DNA of 64,000 nt from Eledone cirrhosa (taxonomy: Eukaryota): positions 24,924,001-24,988,000 of the forward strand of contig OZ024764.1 in assembly GCA_964016885.1 (NCBI GenBank). The letters run 5' to 3'. Position numbers and translations under genes: made by a program. Each line of letters begins with the position of its first letter. Within the stretch, counting starts at the first letter, position 1. The notes under the pieces were generated by a model. It was not told the DNA's origin. It saw only the letters and a list, made by a program, of their open reading frames with translations, and did no database searches. This document shows positions 1 through 11,802 of this stretch, in pieces.

Positions 1-692
1 GCTTGCATGCTCCGTTGGATGTGTAATAGTAATATACCTGAACGGCAAAGCATAAATGAACTAAGTGAGAAATTAGGAATAAGAGGGATCAGATGCTGTT
101 TACTCGAGAGAAGACTACGTTGGTATGGCCACGTGATGCGCTTGAAAGACGACAGCTGCATAAAAAAGTGCAGGGCGATCAAAATTGATGGTAGTTACGG
201 CGTAGGCAGACCCAGAAAAACCTGGGACGACTTGATAAATTCCAACCTCACACACTTACACCTCTCCAAGACAATGTCACTGGACAGAGATCTTTGGCGC
301 TACGCAGTAATACAGCAGACCTGCCTTGCCTAAGTACAAAGCGAATCCTACTACAGTCAGTAGGCACCTCTTAACCAAAAGTACACCCCCATCCCACTAC
401 CCCTACCCACACCCCCATCAACTCCACCCCTTAAAGTTATGTTGGTACGACAACATCCAGTCCTAAATAAATGAGGTCGCGTAGGTGCCACAACAAAAAA
501 CACACAGTCCACGCTGTAATGTGGCGGTGTAGGTAACGCGGTAAAAACCTCCCAGTCCACACTGTAAACGGGGTTGGTGTTAGGAAGGGCATCCAGCCGT
601 AGACAACCAAACTTGCCTCAAGTGGGACAATTCCCGTCTAAACCCATGCTAGCGTCGAAGATAGATGTTAAACGTTGATGATGATGATGATG
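1..692 (+). mobile_element. RTE-clade LINE 3' end (ORF C-terminus 7-333, 3' UTR, (GAT)n tail)
   Basis: ORF has the RTE C-terminal motifs MLRWMC, RRLRWYGHVMR, GRPRKTW and DRDLWR. The 3' UTR ends aacccatgctagcgtcgaag...gttaaacgtt(gat)n, resembling the other RTE tails in the window. Confidence 0.85.
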
Positions 693-736
693 TATGTTGT
701 ATATATATATATATGTATAAATGTATATATATATAT

Positions 737-798
<62 letters not shown>

Positions 799-816
799 AA
801 ATGTATATATATATAT

Positions 817-855
<39 letters not shown>

Positions 856-856
856 C

Positions 857-938
<82 letters not shown>

Positions 939-940
<2 letters not shown>

Positions 941-1482
941 GTAAGTATGCATGTATACGTACATAAATATATGTATACAGACGTACAGTAGCATGCACAT
1001 ATATATATATATATACATATATACATACATATGCATACAGGTACACATACATATATGCACGTATCAGTTTAGCGGCGCTTATTATAACGTCGCTTTGTTC
1101 GTTTGTAAACAAACTGAACAGCCTGAATTTATGCCATATGGTGTTAAGGCAACCACGTCACCTTTTTGTTCAACACTGACACAGGAACGATGTACTAGTT
1201 TCAAGCTTGTTAGCTATCATCAGCACCGTTTACCGATCTGCCAGATAGTTGAACGTTCGAAAGTATATACTTTCCTTATGAAAATTAACGGCTGAGCAGC
1301 CTAATTTGCATATTGAGTGAGTTAAATCGGCCAGGCATACCGAAAACGATAAATTGAAACAAAATGAAAACGAAATTTCATTTCTCACTCTTAGTATGGC
1401 ACTTACTTAAATGTAAGTATGCATGTATACGTACATGCCATACTAAGAGTGAGAAATGAAATTTCGTTTTCATTTTGTTTCA

Positions 1483-1484
<2 letters not shown>
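939..1484 (-). mobile_element. Non-autonomous HHR-bearing retroelement (retrozyme-like / mini-PLE), copy 1: 472-bp unit with terminal redundancy plus a 49-bp inverted arm
   Basis: atgtaagtatgcatgtatacgtacat occurs as a direct repeat at 939-964 and 1411-1436. Segment 1436-1484 is the reverse complement of 1353-1401. It contains an HHR at 1186-1230, has no ORF, is flanked by (TA)n, and has a second copy at 7715-8190. Confidence 0.8.
1186..1230 (-). ncRNA. Minimal type-I hammerhead ribozyme (family A)
   Basis: Minus strand reads AACGGUG-CUGAUGA-U-AGCU-aaca-AGCU-U-GAAA-CUAG-UA/CAUCGUU. This gives a 7-bp stem I, an intact core, a palindromic ACUAGU stem III and a GUA cleavage triplet. Confidence 0.85.
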
Positions 1485-1557
<73 letters not shown>

Positions 1558-1713
1558 TATGTATGTATATATATATATGTATATATATATATACATATAT
1601 ATGTGTATGTATATATGTATATATATGTATATATGTGTATGCATATATATATGTATGCATATATATATGTATGTATATATATATATATATCTGTATGTAT
1701 ATACATATATATG

Positions 1714-1804
<91 letters not shown>

Positions 1805-1987
1805 GTATGTATATACATATATATGTATATATATACATATATATATATATGTATATATATACATATATATATATATATATGTATATGTGTGAATGAAGTA
1901 ATTCCGTCGGAAAGGTCCAGGAAAAAAGAGTGCTCTATGAAGGCTACAGAGCTTATTAGTTATGTAATAAACAACATAAGATAATTA

Positions 1988-2047
1988 TTTCATTTACCAG
2001 TGGTTTTTTGAAAGCAAACAAATTTGCTTTCAGTCATCAGAATGAAA
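1988..2047 (-). ncRNA. Hammerhead family B, mirror copy with core mutation GAAA->AAAA (probably inactive)
   Basis: Reverse complement of 2448-2507 except ctttcaaAaaacc in place of ctttcaaGaaacc (catalytic G12 lost). Confidence 0.7.
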
Positions 2048-2234
2048 AAATCCTGGTGTATTTATTGACATTGGATTTTAAAAACAAAAATATAATATAA
2101 TTGTTTCTACTTTTGGCACAGGGCCAGCAATCACCCAGTGTATTACTGGTACTTTATTTTATCGACCCCGTAAGGATGAAAGGCAAAGTCAACCTAATGA
2201 AAGTGAGACTGGAGAAAGCCTCACTTTCATTATC

Positions 2235-2395
2235 GTTGAATTGGCAGTATCGGTAGAGGGTTGGATGTCATGTTTTCTAGCATAGTTACGTCCCTTTACA
2301 GTCTGAGTTCAAATCCCGCCGAGGTTAACTTTGCCTTTCATCCTTACGGGGTCGATAAAATTAAGTACCAGTAATGTACTGGAAGTAGAAACAAT
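2235..2395 (+). mobile_element. tRNA-derived SINE with Nin/Deu-like core
   Basis: A-box-like tggcagtatcgg, B-box gagttcaaatccc, core gcctttcatccttacggggtcgataaa and tail gtagaaacaat; same family as 26316, 28470 and 32440. Confidence 0.8.
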
Positions 2396-2447
2396 TATAT
2401 TATATTTTTGTTTTTAAAATCCACTGTCAATAAATACACCAGGATTT

Positions 2448-2507
2448 TTTCATTCTGATGACTGAAAGCAAATTTGTTTGCTTTCAAGAAACCACTGGTA
2501 AATGAAA
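2448..2507 (+). ncRNA. Type-I hammerhead ribozyme (family B)
   Basis: UUUCAUU-CUGAUGA-C-UGAAAGCAAA-uuug-UUUGCUUUCA-A-GAAA-CC-acu-GG-UA/AAUGAAA: 7-bp stem I, 10-bp stem II, short stem III, GUA triplet. Confidence 0.85.
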
Positions 2508-2532
2508 TAATTATCTTATGTTGTTTATTACA

Positions 2533-2570
<38 letters not shown>

Positions 2571-2659
2571 CATATATATGTATAGATATACATGTATATA
2601 TATGTGTGTATATATATACATATATATATGTATATATGGGTATGCATGTATATATATCA

Positions 2660-3035
2660 ACTTGATCACCATCACCAACCAGTCTGTCGAGCGCCGAATG
2701 ACGCCTCTGGTCAGAGCACGTTGCTGTTTTAGCCATATGATGTCGCCATCCCACTGGCTGGGCGGGCAGGCCGTAGGTCTAAAGTCTGTCTTAAGCCAGA
2801 AGGGTCATTTGGCCGGTGCTTTTCCCGGTTTCATGGCGTGAAGTGACTGAGAGTACAAGACTCCCCCTGGACAGGACGCAGGGTTAAACCTACCTCCAAC
2901 TATTGCTGGTACTCAATTTCAGCTGAGTAAGCTGGAGCAACGTGAATAAAGTGTCACATCACCTGGTCTGAGAATTGAACTCACAACCTTTCGATTGCAA
3001 GGCCAAGGCTCTAACCACTAAGCCCTGTGCCTTCA
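2660..3035 (-). mobile_element. tRNA-derived SINE (second family) with V/Meta-like central domain
   Basis: Minus strand head ggcttagtggttagagc...gtgagttcaattctc, followed by cctgcgtcctgtccagggggagt...gaaaccggga. Confidence 0.7.
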
Positions 3036-3090
3036 CTGTATATATATGTATGTATATATGTACATATATATACATATATATGTATATATA

Positions 3091-3310
3091 TCATCATCAT
3101 CATCATCATCACCGTTTTATGTCTGTTCTTCCACGCTAGCATGGGTTAGACGGGATGTCCTGTTGTGGGCAGCATCCGGTCGGCAGACCATGTCTTGCTC
3201 ATACGGGAACTGATTCTGGCTCTATTTCTACAGCTTCTCTAACACCAACCTCATTTACAGTGAGTGCTGGGTGCTTTTTTGCCGTGGCACCTCCACGACA
3301 ACTTTACAGT
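3091..3310 (-). mobile_element. SINE/RTE 3' tail fragment with (GAT)n
   Basis: (cat)n followed by ccacgctagcatgggttagacggg and aacaccaacctcatttacagtgagtgctggg, shared with the 1-692 3' UTR and the SINE at 26598. Confidence 0.7.
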
Positions 3311-3633
3311 GTGTGTGTGGGGGGGGGGGGCATATTGTCTATATGTACATTTATATGTACATATATATGTACATATAAATGTATATATATATATATATAT
3401 ATATGAATATATATATATTTCGTTTCTGAATTTGTTTAGCAAGATTCTTTATCTGAAATCGTGTGTTGAAACCGATATTGTTATACTTTGGGAGGGTCAT
3501 GTTGCCAATAAGAAACACACGCACCAGTTGCTTTCACTTCAATTTAATTTAATATATATTTATAAATTTACAAATTTATAAATTTCTGGTTGGTTGGTTG
3601 GTTCCACAACCAGATAGTTGTTTATATATATAT

Positions 3634-3678
3634 AGTCATAGTTCTTTCGTCACACACTCTGTGACCTCTTCAGTGACT
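3634..3678 (-). ncRNA. Minimal hammerhead ribozyme (family C), mirror copy
   Basis: Exact reverse complement of 3793-3837. Confidence 0.7.
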
Positions 3679-3792
3679 GGGGATTTCTTTCTTCGTTTCT
3701 GTGCCTTTCCTTTCTTCTATCCTACGCCATTTTGTTCAAAATGGCGTAGGATAGAAGAAAGGAAAGGCACAGAAACGAAGAAAGAAATCCCC

Positions 3793-3837
3793 AGTCACTG
3801 AAGAGGTCACAGAGTGTGTGACGAAAGAACTATGACT
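3793..3837 (+). ncRNA. Minimal type-I hammerhead ribozyme (family C)
   Basis: AGUCA-CUGAAGA-G-GUCACA-gagug-UGUGAC-GAAA-G-aa-C-UA/UGACU: 5-bp stem I, one extra G before a 6-bp stem II, vestigial stem III, CUA triplet. Confidence 0.7.
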
Positions 3838-4269
3838 ATATATATATAAACAACTATCTGGTTGTGGAACCAACCAACCAACCAGAAATTTATAAATTTG
3901 TAAATTTATAAATATATATTAAATTAAATTGAAGTGAAAGCAACTGGTGCGTGTGTTTCTTATTGGCAACATGACCCTCCCAAAGTATAACAATATATAT
4001 ATAAATATATATGTATAAACGGAAAAAGTACAGCCGTACTAAGAGTATATATGTATATATATATACATATATATATACATATATATATATATGTATATAT
4101 ATAACCCATGCTAGCGTGGAAAATGGACGTTAAACGAAGATGATGATGATGATGATGATGATATATATATACATATATATGTATATATATATATATATAT
4201 GTTTATATATACATATATATGTATATATATACATATATATATATGTTTATATATACATAGAGAGAGATA

Positions 4270-4850
4270 TATGTATCTATACATAACTTTGATAACTTGC
4301 GGCCAGTATTGGCCCAGGCCATGTCTAACTTAATAGCACCACCTGGCGAAGTCTTACAAATCAGTGTTTGGGCACCATGGCCCACTCGAGCAGAGAGTTA
4401 TTGTTTACGGAGGCATATCCGGGTGTAGGAGGCTTATCCGGGATTTCTTGAAGGAATTTGTCTAAAGACTTCTTGAACTTGATGGGGTCTGTCTCTGCTT
4501 TGATGTGTTTTGGTGTAATGTTAAAGAGTGTAGGGCCAATTGAGGTGAAATAATTGTGTCGTATTGTTGTTATGTGATGCGAGTGGGATTTTTGTCGTGG
4601 GCAGATAGCACGGTGCCCAAGCCTTGGGTGTACACTAAAGGTGATGCCAACATCATTTGGACTAAGCTGATGGAATACTTTCCACATCATGCAGATAATG
4701 TAGCGCTCACGGCGACATTGGAGAGAATAAAGGTTGAGATTTTCTAATCGACTCCAATAGTCAAGGCCTGTCATGCCATCTATCTTTTTTGTAATTGACA
4801 TTTGGGGTGCTTCAACTTTCATGATACTTTGTTTCGTGCGGAGAGACCAA
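4270..4850 (-). mobile_element. CR1/L2-group LINE 3' fragment (ORF C-terminus 4361-4822)
   Basis: Translation LDYWSRLENLNLYSLQCRRERY...GPTLFN...FKKSLDKFL matches the typical CR1-group ORF2 terminus (Y..RL..L.L.SL..RR; FK..LD.FL). Confidence 0.8.
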
Positions 4851-4851
4851 C

Positions 4852-5035
4852 ACGACCACTTTGCAGTGGAATGATAGGGACCCCAGTCCTATCATCTCAT
4901 TTCTACAGCTGAGTAAACTGGAGCAATGTGAAATAAAGTGTCTTGCTCAAGGAAACAACACATCACCCAGTCTGAGAATTGAACTCACAACCTTTTGATT
5001 GCAAGGTCAATGCTCTAAACACTAAGCCATGTGCC
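4852..5035 (-). mobile_element. tRNA-derived SINE (RTE-tailed family), 5' part
   Basis: Minus strand ggcacatggcttagtg...gagttcaattctc...tttccttgagcaagacacttt; near-identical to the head of 26598-26936. Confidence 0.8.
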
Positions 5036-5098
5036 GATATATACATACATATATATATATCTATATATATATATATATATATAGTATTAATATAGATG

Positions 5099-5149
5099 AG
5101 ATTCTACAGGACTAGAACTGTTTCATTCATTAGAAATCATCAGGAATCT
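5099..5149 (-). ncRNA. Type-I hammerhead ribozyme (family D), inverted pLTR copy
   Basis: AGAUUC-CUGAUGA-U-UUC-uaau-GAA-U-GAAA-CAG-uucuaguc-CUG-UA/GAAUCU. Confidence 0.8.
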
Positions 5150-5234
5150 GGGTATCAAAAAATAAAAATGGTATTTATAGGTCTCTACAAGTGGTAGGAG
5201 AGGGTGGGGAGTGGGATGGGTGTAAGTCATTGGT

Positions 5235-7096
5235 TTCCAGGCCTACTTAAATGCCGAATTAAGGAAAATAAAAAAATTCCCCATTCTTTATGTCTCCTCC
5301 GATAAAACCAAAAACGTTTATGAGGTAGACCCACAGACCTACAATAAGCTGGCAAAAAATACCATCACGACCACCTACAAAAAGGTAATAGAGAGGGCAC
5401 TGACTGAGACAAACGCGGCCGGAAAAGAAATCGCCAAGTCCCTTAAATTACATGACCGAACAGAACCTTTAAGGGTAAAGACCCCGCACTTTACCCTGAA
5501 GGACCATAAGGGAAATTTCCTCAACAAACCATCAGTCAGACTTATCAACCCCACTCGTTCTGACATCGGCTCTATCAGTAAGAAGATCCTGGATAGAGTT
5601 CTACCATCATTGCGGGCAGCCTCACCACTTCCACTCTGGAGTAGAACATCTGAGGCAATATCATGGTTCCAAGAATTACCCGATAAACACCACACTCGCT
5701 TCCTGCAACTCGACATAGAAAACTACTATGCCTCTATCTCGGAGCCCCTCCTGAAGGACGCAATTAACTTTGCCAGGAATTTTACCACCATTACCGATGC
5801 TGAGCAGGTTGTTATCCTCCACGCTCGTAAGACCTTTCTATACCACGATGGATCTTACTGGATCAACAAGAAATCTCAGACCCCATTTGACGTTAGCATG
5901 GGGGCGAGTGACTCGGCTGAAATTAGCGACCTTGTGGGCCTGTACATCCTACATAACCTGAAGAACCTCTTTACCGGCCTAACGGGAGGTTTATACCGAG
6001 ACGACGGCCTCTTCGCCCTGCATAAGGTTAGCCCCAGAACCACCGATGGGTTTCGGAAAAACTTAAGCTCTTTCTTCTCTAATCTAGGATTTAGTATAAC
6101 TATAGATTCTAATTTGACTAGGGCCAACTTCTTAGATGTCACTCTCGACCTAGATACTTCCCTCTATTACCCGTACCACAAACCTAACGAGTCCCTTAAA
6201 TATATTAATGTTAATTCAAACCACCCCCAAAACATCACTGATAACCTAGTAAAAAGCGTCTCTATTAGAATATCTGGCCTCTCCGCCAACAAAGATACTT
6301 TTAATGCATCTGCCTCCTACTACAATGACGCCCTCTCCCGTAGCGGATTTAAAGATAAGATAACTTACCTAGAAACCACCGCAAGATTGCAGAGGAGGAA
6401 TAGACATAGGCAGATTAGCTGGTACAACCCTCCCTTCAATAGAGAGGTATCTACTCCGATAGCTAGGATTTTCTTCACTTTACTGAAATTACACTTCCCC
6501 ATACAACATAGGTACTACACCATCTTTAATAAGAACACTATAAGACTGTTTAACTCCACCACACCTAACCTAGCTAGGAATATAGCCAACCACAATTCTA
6601 AATTAAATAAGCCAACCACCTCCGAAACCAATCCCCGGACTGGGGCTCTATGTAATTGCCTAAATAAGGATGCATGCCCACTTGAAAACAAATGCCTCAC
6701 AAATGACATCGTATACAAATGCGATGTCATCTCAGGCACCGAGGATTGCAAAAAAACTTACATCGGCATGACCTCCAACAACTTTAAGACCCGTTGGTAT
6801 GCCCATACCCACTCCTTCAGTAGACCGGATGAATCAATTCAGACAACACTCGCCTCCTACGTTTGGGACCTCAAAAGGAACTCCACCCCCTTCACGCTTA
6901 AAGGAAAATACTCCAGAAAGCGCGCTCTTACAACGGAGGACACAAGGGCTGCGACCTTTGTATTTCAGAGAGCTACGAAATTTTATTCGCCAAGGGCCCG
7001 CTACTGAACAAACTCTCTGAACACTGCCCGAACTGCATGCACAAGAACTTTGCAACTTTCAAACACTTTAAGCCAGTGTTAAAGCCCGATGGCTAA
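5235..7096 (+). pseudogene. PLE reverse transcriptase + GIY-YIG endonuclease (Naiad-like), 5'-truncated, frameshifted near 6903 and near 7020
   Basis: The frame is open from 5235 (FQAYLN...SSDKTKNVY). RT motifs VRLINP, LDIENYYASI, MGASDSAEI, GLYRDDGL and NFLDVTL are present, then WYNPPF, a CxCx5Cx5C finger (CNCLNKDACPLENKC) and VYKC...YIGMT...FKTRW..H. After the frameshift come CDLC..E and LLNK. Confidence 0.9.
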
Positions 7097-7316
7097 AAAC
7101 GACCTCCCCCTATTGGCCCCTATACCTCCTCCCCACCCTACCCCCACCCCTCCTCAACCTGAAATACGGCCACTATGGTTATGTGAGTACCTCTTTCGTA
7201 TCTACATTTTCTGACTGTAGAGGTGTCTTTATGTGCCTGCGTATATGCGTATATTTATTGAGTACCTATTTATTTGTATGTGTATATATTTGTTTGTATG
7301 TGTGTATATGTATGTG

Positions 7317-7379
<63 letters not shown>

Positions 7380-7445
7380 GTTTGTATGTATATGTGTTTT
7401 ATGTGTGTATATTTCTGTATGTATATGTATGTATGTGTATATATA

Positions 7446-7512
<67 letters not shown>

Positions 7513-7714
7513 ATATATATATGTGTATGTATGTGTATGTATGTATGTATGTACGTGTATGTATGTATGTATGTTTATGTATATATGTATGTGGTTATAT
7601 ATATGTATATGTATATATATGTATATATACATATATGTATATATATATGTATATATATATATATATGTGTGTGTGTATGTGTGTATGTGTGTGTATATAT
7701 ATATATATATACAT

Positions 7715-8185
7715 ATAAATTGAAACAAAATGAAAACGAAATTTCATTTCTCACTCTTAGTATGGCACTTACTTAAATGTAAGTATGCATGTATACGTAC
7801 ATACATATATGTATACAGACGTACAGTAGCATGCACATATATATATATATATATACATATATACATACATATGCATACAGGTACACATACATATATGCAC
7901 GTATCAGTTTAGCGGCGCTAACAAGCTTGAAACTAGTACATCGTTCCTGTGTCAGTGTTGAACAAAAAGGTGACGTGGTTGCCTTAACACCATATGGCAT
8001 AAATTCAGGCTGTTCAGTTTGTTTACAAACGAACAAAGCGACGTTAGCGCCGCTAAACTGATACGTGCATATATGTATGTGTACCTGTATGCATATGTAT
8101 GTATATATGTATATATATATATATATATATGTGCATGCTACTGTACGTCTGTATACATATATGTATGTACGTATACATGCATACT

Positions 8186-8190
<5 letters not shown>
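7715..8190 (+). mobile_element. Retrozyme-like HHR element, copy 2 (5'-truncated within the HHR, with ~205-bp inverted arm)
   Basis: Segment 7917-8190 matches the minus strand of 939-1215. Segment 7715-7920 is an inverted arm joined at a gcta microhomology. The copy lies in (TA)n within the PLE1 3' region. Confidence 0.8.
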
Positions 8191-8228
<38 letters not shown>

Positions 8229-8243
8229 GTGTGGGCAGGTGTG

Positions 8244-8274
<31 letters not shown>

Positions 8275-8331
8275 ATGTATGTGTATGTATGTATGTATAT
8301 GTATGTGTATATGTATGTGTATGTGTGTATG

Positions 8332-8378
<47 letters not shown>

Positions 8379-8391
8379 ATATGTGTATGTA

Positions 8392-8481
<90 letters not shown>

Positions 8482-8670
8482 CGTGAGAGAGAGTGTGTAT
8501 ATATATTTGTGTGTGTGTGTGTGTGTATGCGTGTGTATATGTATATATATATATATATACACATGTGTGTATATATGCGTTATATGTCTGTATATATATA
8601 TATATGTGTATATTTATGTATAGGTCTGTGTATGTATGTGTATGTTTGTATATATATGGATATATATATG

Positions 8671-8714
<44 letters not shown>

Positions 8715-8806
8715 TATTTATACATATGCATGTGTATGTGTGTGTGTGAGTGTATATATATGTGTATATGTGTGTGCGTGTATATATATATAGGTGTGTG
8801 TATATG

Positions 8807-8846
<40 letters not shown>

Positions 8847-8918
8847 CGTGTGTGTATGTGTATATATGTGTGTGTGTATGTGTGTGTATATGTGTATATG
8901 TATGTATGTATGTTTATG

Positions 8919-9007
<89 letters not shown>

Positions 9008-9132
9008 ATATATATATATATATATACATACGTGTATATATGTATGTATGTATGTTTTTATATATATATGTGTATATGTATGTTTGTATGTGTGTTTGTA
9101 TGTGTGTGTGTTTGTATGTGTATATATTTGTT

Positions 9133-9175
<43 letters not shown>

Positions 9176-9519
9176 ATATGTATATGGTTATATATATGAA
9201 TATATGTATATGTGTATGTGTATATATATGTGTGTGTGTGTTTGTGTGTATGTGTGTGAATATGTATATTTGTGTGTGTATGTGTTTTTTTATATATATA
9301 TATATATGTATATGTGTGTGTATGTATGTATGTGTATATATATGTATATATATGTATACGTGTGTGTGTATTTGTGTGTATATGTATACACATGTATATT
9401 TGTGTTTGTATGTATGTGTGTGAGTGTATTTATATGTGTATATATATGTGTGTGTGTGTATATATGTGTATGTGTGTGTGTATGTGTGTATATATATATA
9501 TGTGTGTGTATGTGTATGC

Positions 9520-9566
<47 letters not shown>

Positions 9567-9620
9567 TAAACAAATAATGAATAAAACAATGAAACAGTTC
9601 CTTATATTAAACAAAAAAAG

Positions 9621-9774
9621 TTCATTATTTAACGATCGTTTCTAGGATATATATGTGTTAGAATTGGCATGCATATTCAACAGATCTATGTACAAAATTA
9701 TACAAAATTATACAAACTATCATGATTAAATATACATACCAACACATATATACGCCGTCTTCAGAAATAATGAA
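9621..9774 (-). ncRNA. Hammerhead family E (long stem II), left-arm copy
   Basis: Reverse complement of 19314-19467 with one substitution in the stem II region. Confidence 0.7.
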
Positions 9775-10353
9775 ATATATTTATTGATAATAACAACAAT
9801 TCAAAATTTCAGGTCCGTTTGGGAACAAAATTGACCAATGAAAATACAAAAGGTTTTATGCAGTTCGGTGTGTGTATATACATGTAACTACCCTTACACA
9901 TATTTTACAAAAATGTATGCTCAACATGTATACGCATACCAAAAGGATGGATGCAAATACAAAATTTCAAGGTTAATGTCTCTGTAAGTTTATAATGCAC
10001 AGATAAGATGCGTATAAACACATAAATATGAAATAAGTGTATACACATATTCTCATACTCACACATATCCGTACAATCACACACACGCGCGCGTATATGC
10101 ATAAACATACACATAATTACGAACATACAAACACACACACACCCCCACTCACATATATATATGTGTGGATATAATATCATAAGCACATGGATATTAATTC
10201 ACTCACATAAACACTGTCACACACATTTAGATCAAGATACAGAAATTAGGTGGGAGGGGGGGGAGAGGTCAGTATTCAACGGTTTGGGCAGACTGCTTAT
10301 TATAGATGTATCTATAAACTAAGAAAATAAAAAGAAAAAAGAAATATATCAAG

Positions 10354-10425
<72 letters not shown>

Positions 10426-10529
10426 TATAAACACATACATACATATACACACATCCACACTTAGAACATACATACACACACATATATAAACATATACATA
10501 TACACACATACACACATATACACACATAC

Positions 10530-10580
<51 letters not shown>

Positions 10581-10857
10581 TACACATATAATCACACATA
10601 CTATATAGACACACATATATATACACACATACACGCACATATACATACACATACATACTTATATACATACAGATATACACATACATACCTATATATAGAC
10701 GCAAATTCATACAGATATACATATATACATACACACAAATACTTACGCATCCATATATCGGTATATACATACAAACACCACTACACTCTCACACAACTCA
10801 GACATACAAAGAAAAAGGTATATACCTATATACATATATATATACAAATAGAGATAC

Positions 10858-10916
<59 letters not shown>

Positions 10917-11218
10917 CACATATACACACATATACATACATACACATACATACATGTACACACACATACATATACATACATACACACATACATACATACA
11001 TATATAGTCATACACACACATATATACTCATACATAGAATTAGATATATATTCATACATACATACGCACTTACATATACTCATATATACAAATACATACG
11101 CATCCATATATGCGTATATACATACAAACACCACTACACCCTCACACAACTCAGACATACAAAGAAAAAGGCATATACATATACATATATACACGCATTA
11201 ATAGAGATATATATACAC

Positions 11219-11249
<31 letters not shown>

Positions 11250-11467
11250 CATTTATATATATACACCCACACACACATACAACCATAAACACACATACAA
11301 AACATACAAACACACACATACACATATATATACACATACATATATATACACACACACAAAAAACAGACATACATATATATATTTTTTTACACATATATAT
11401 ACACATATATATACATATACACACCCTCACATATACACACATACACATAAGTTATATTATAGTAATA

Positions 11468-11518
<51 letters not shown>

Positions 11519-11545
11519 CGAATATAGACATATATACACACATAG

Positions 11546-11582
<37 letters not shown>

Positions 11583-11769
11583 CACACACTCACATATATA
11601 TGTGTGTGCGCACACGCACATACATACACACACACACATATACACGTAAACACATACATGTGCATACATGCACATACACACATATACCCACATAGATACG
11701 AAGATAGACATATAAATAGAGAGACATACATATATATACACACACATATATACATACATACATACACAC

Positions 11770-11802
<33 letters not shown>

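Larger units (their letters stand above)
693..1887. repeat. (TA)n/(TATG)n microsatellite tracts hosting insertions; similar tracts recur throughout 0.7-26 kb
   Basis: Directly visible dinucleotide and tetranucleotide repeats; they explain the YIYI/CVCV ORFs. Confidence 0.95.
1888..2538. mobile_element. Head-to-head inverted insertion of a SINE + HHR/pLTR-like 3' end
   Basis: Arms 1957-2112 and 2382-2538 are reverse complements with 2 mismatches and continue inward into SINE sequence. There is a central hairpin at 2195-2232 and microsatellite on both sides. Confidence 0.75.
3416..3996. mobile_element. Perfect 260-bp-arm palindrome formed by two head-to-head HHR/pLTR-like ends
   Basis: Arms 3475-3734 and 3737-3996 appear to be exact reverse complements around a TT loop. 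The left arm extends to ~3416. Each arm has an HHR and both flanks are (TA)n. Confidence 0.85.

Noticed and set aside
2960-3035. tRNA-like sequences (also ~4960-5035, 26860-26936, 31392-31465)
   Set aside because: A/B boxes continue into SINE bodies and lack a proper acceptor stem; they are SINE heads, not tRNA genes.
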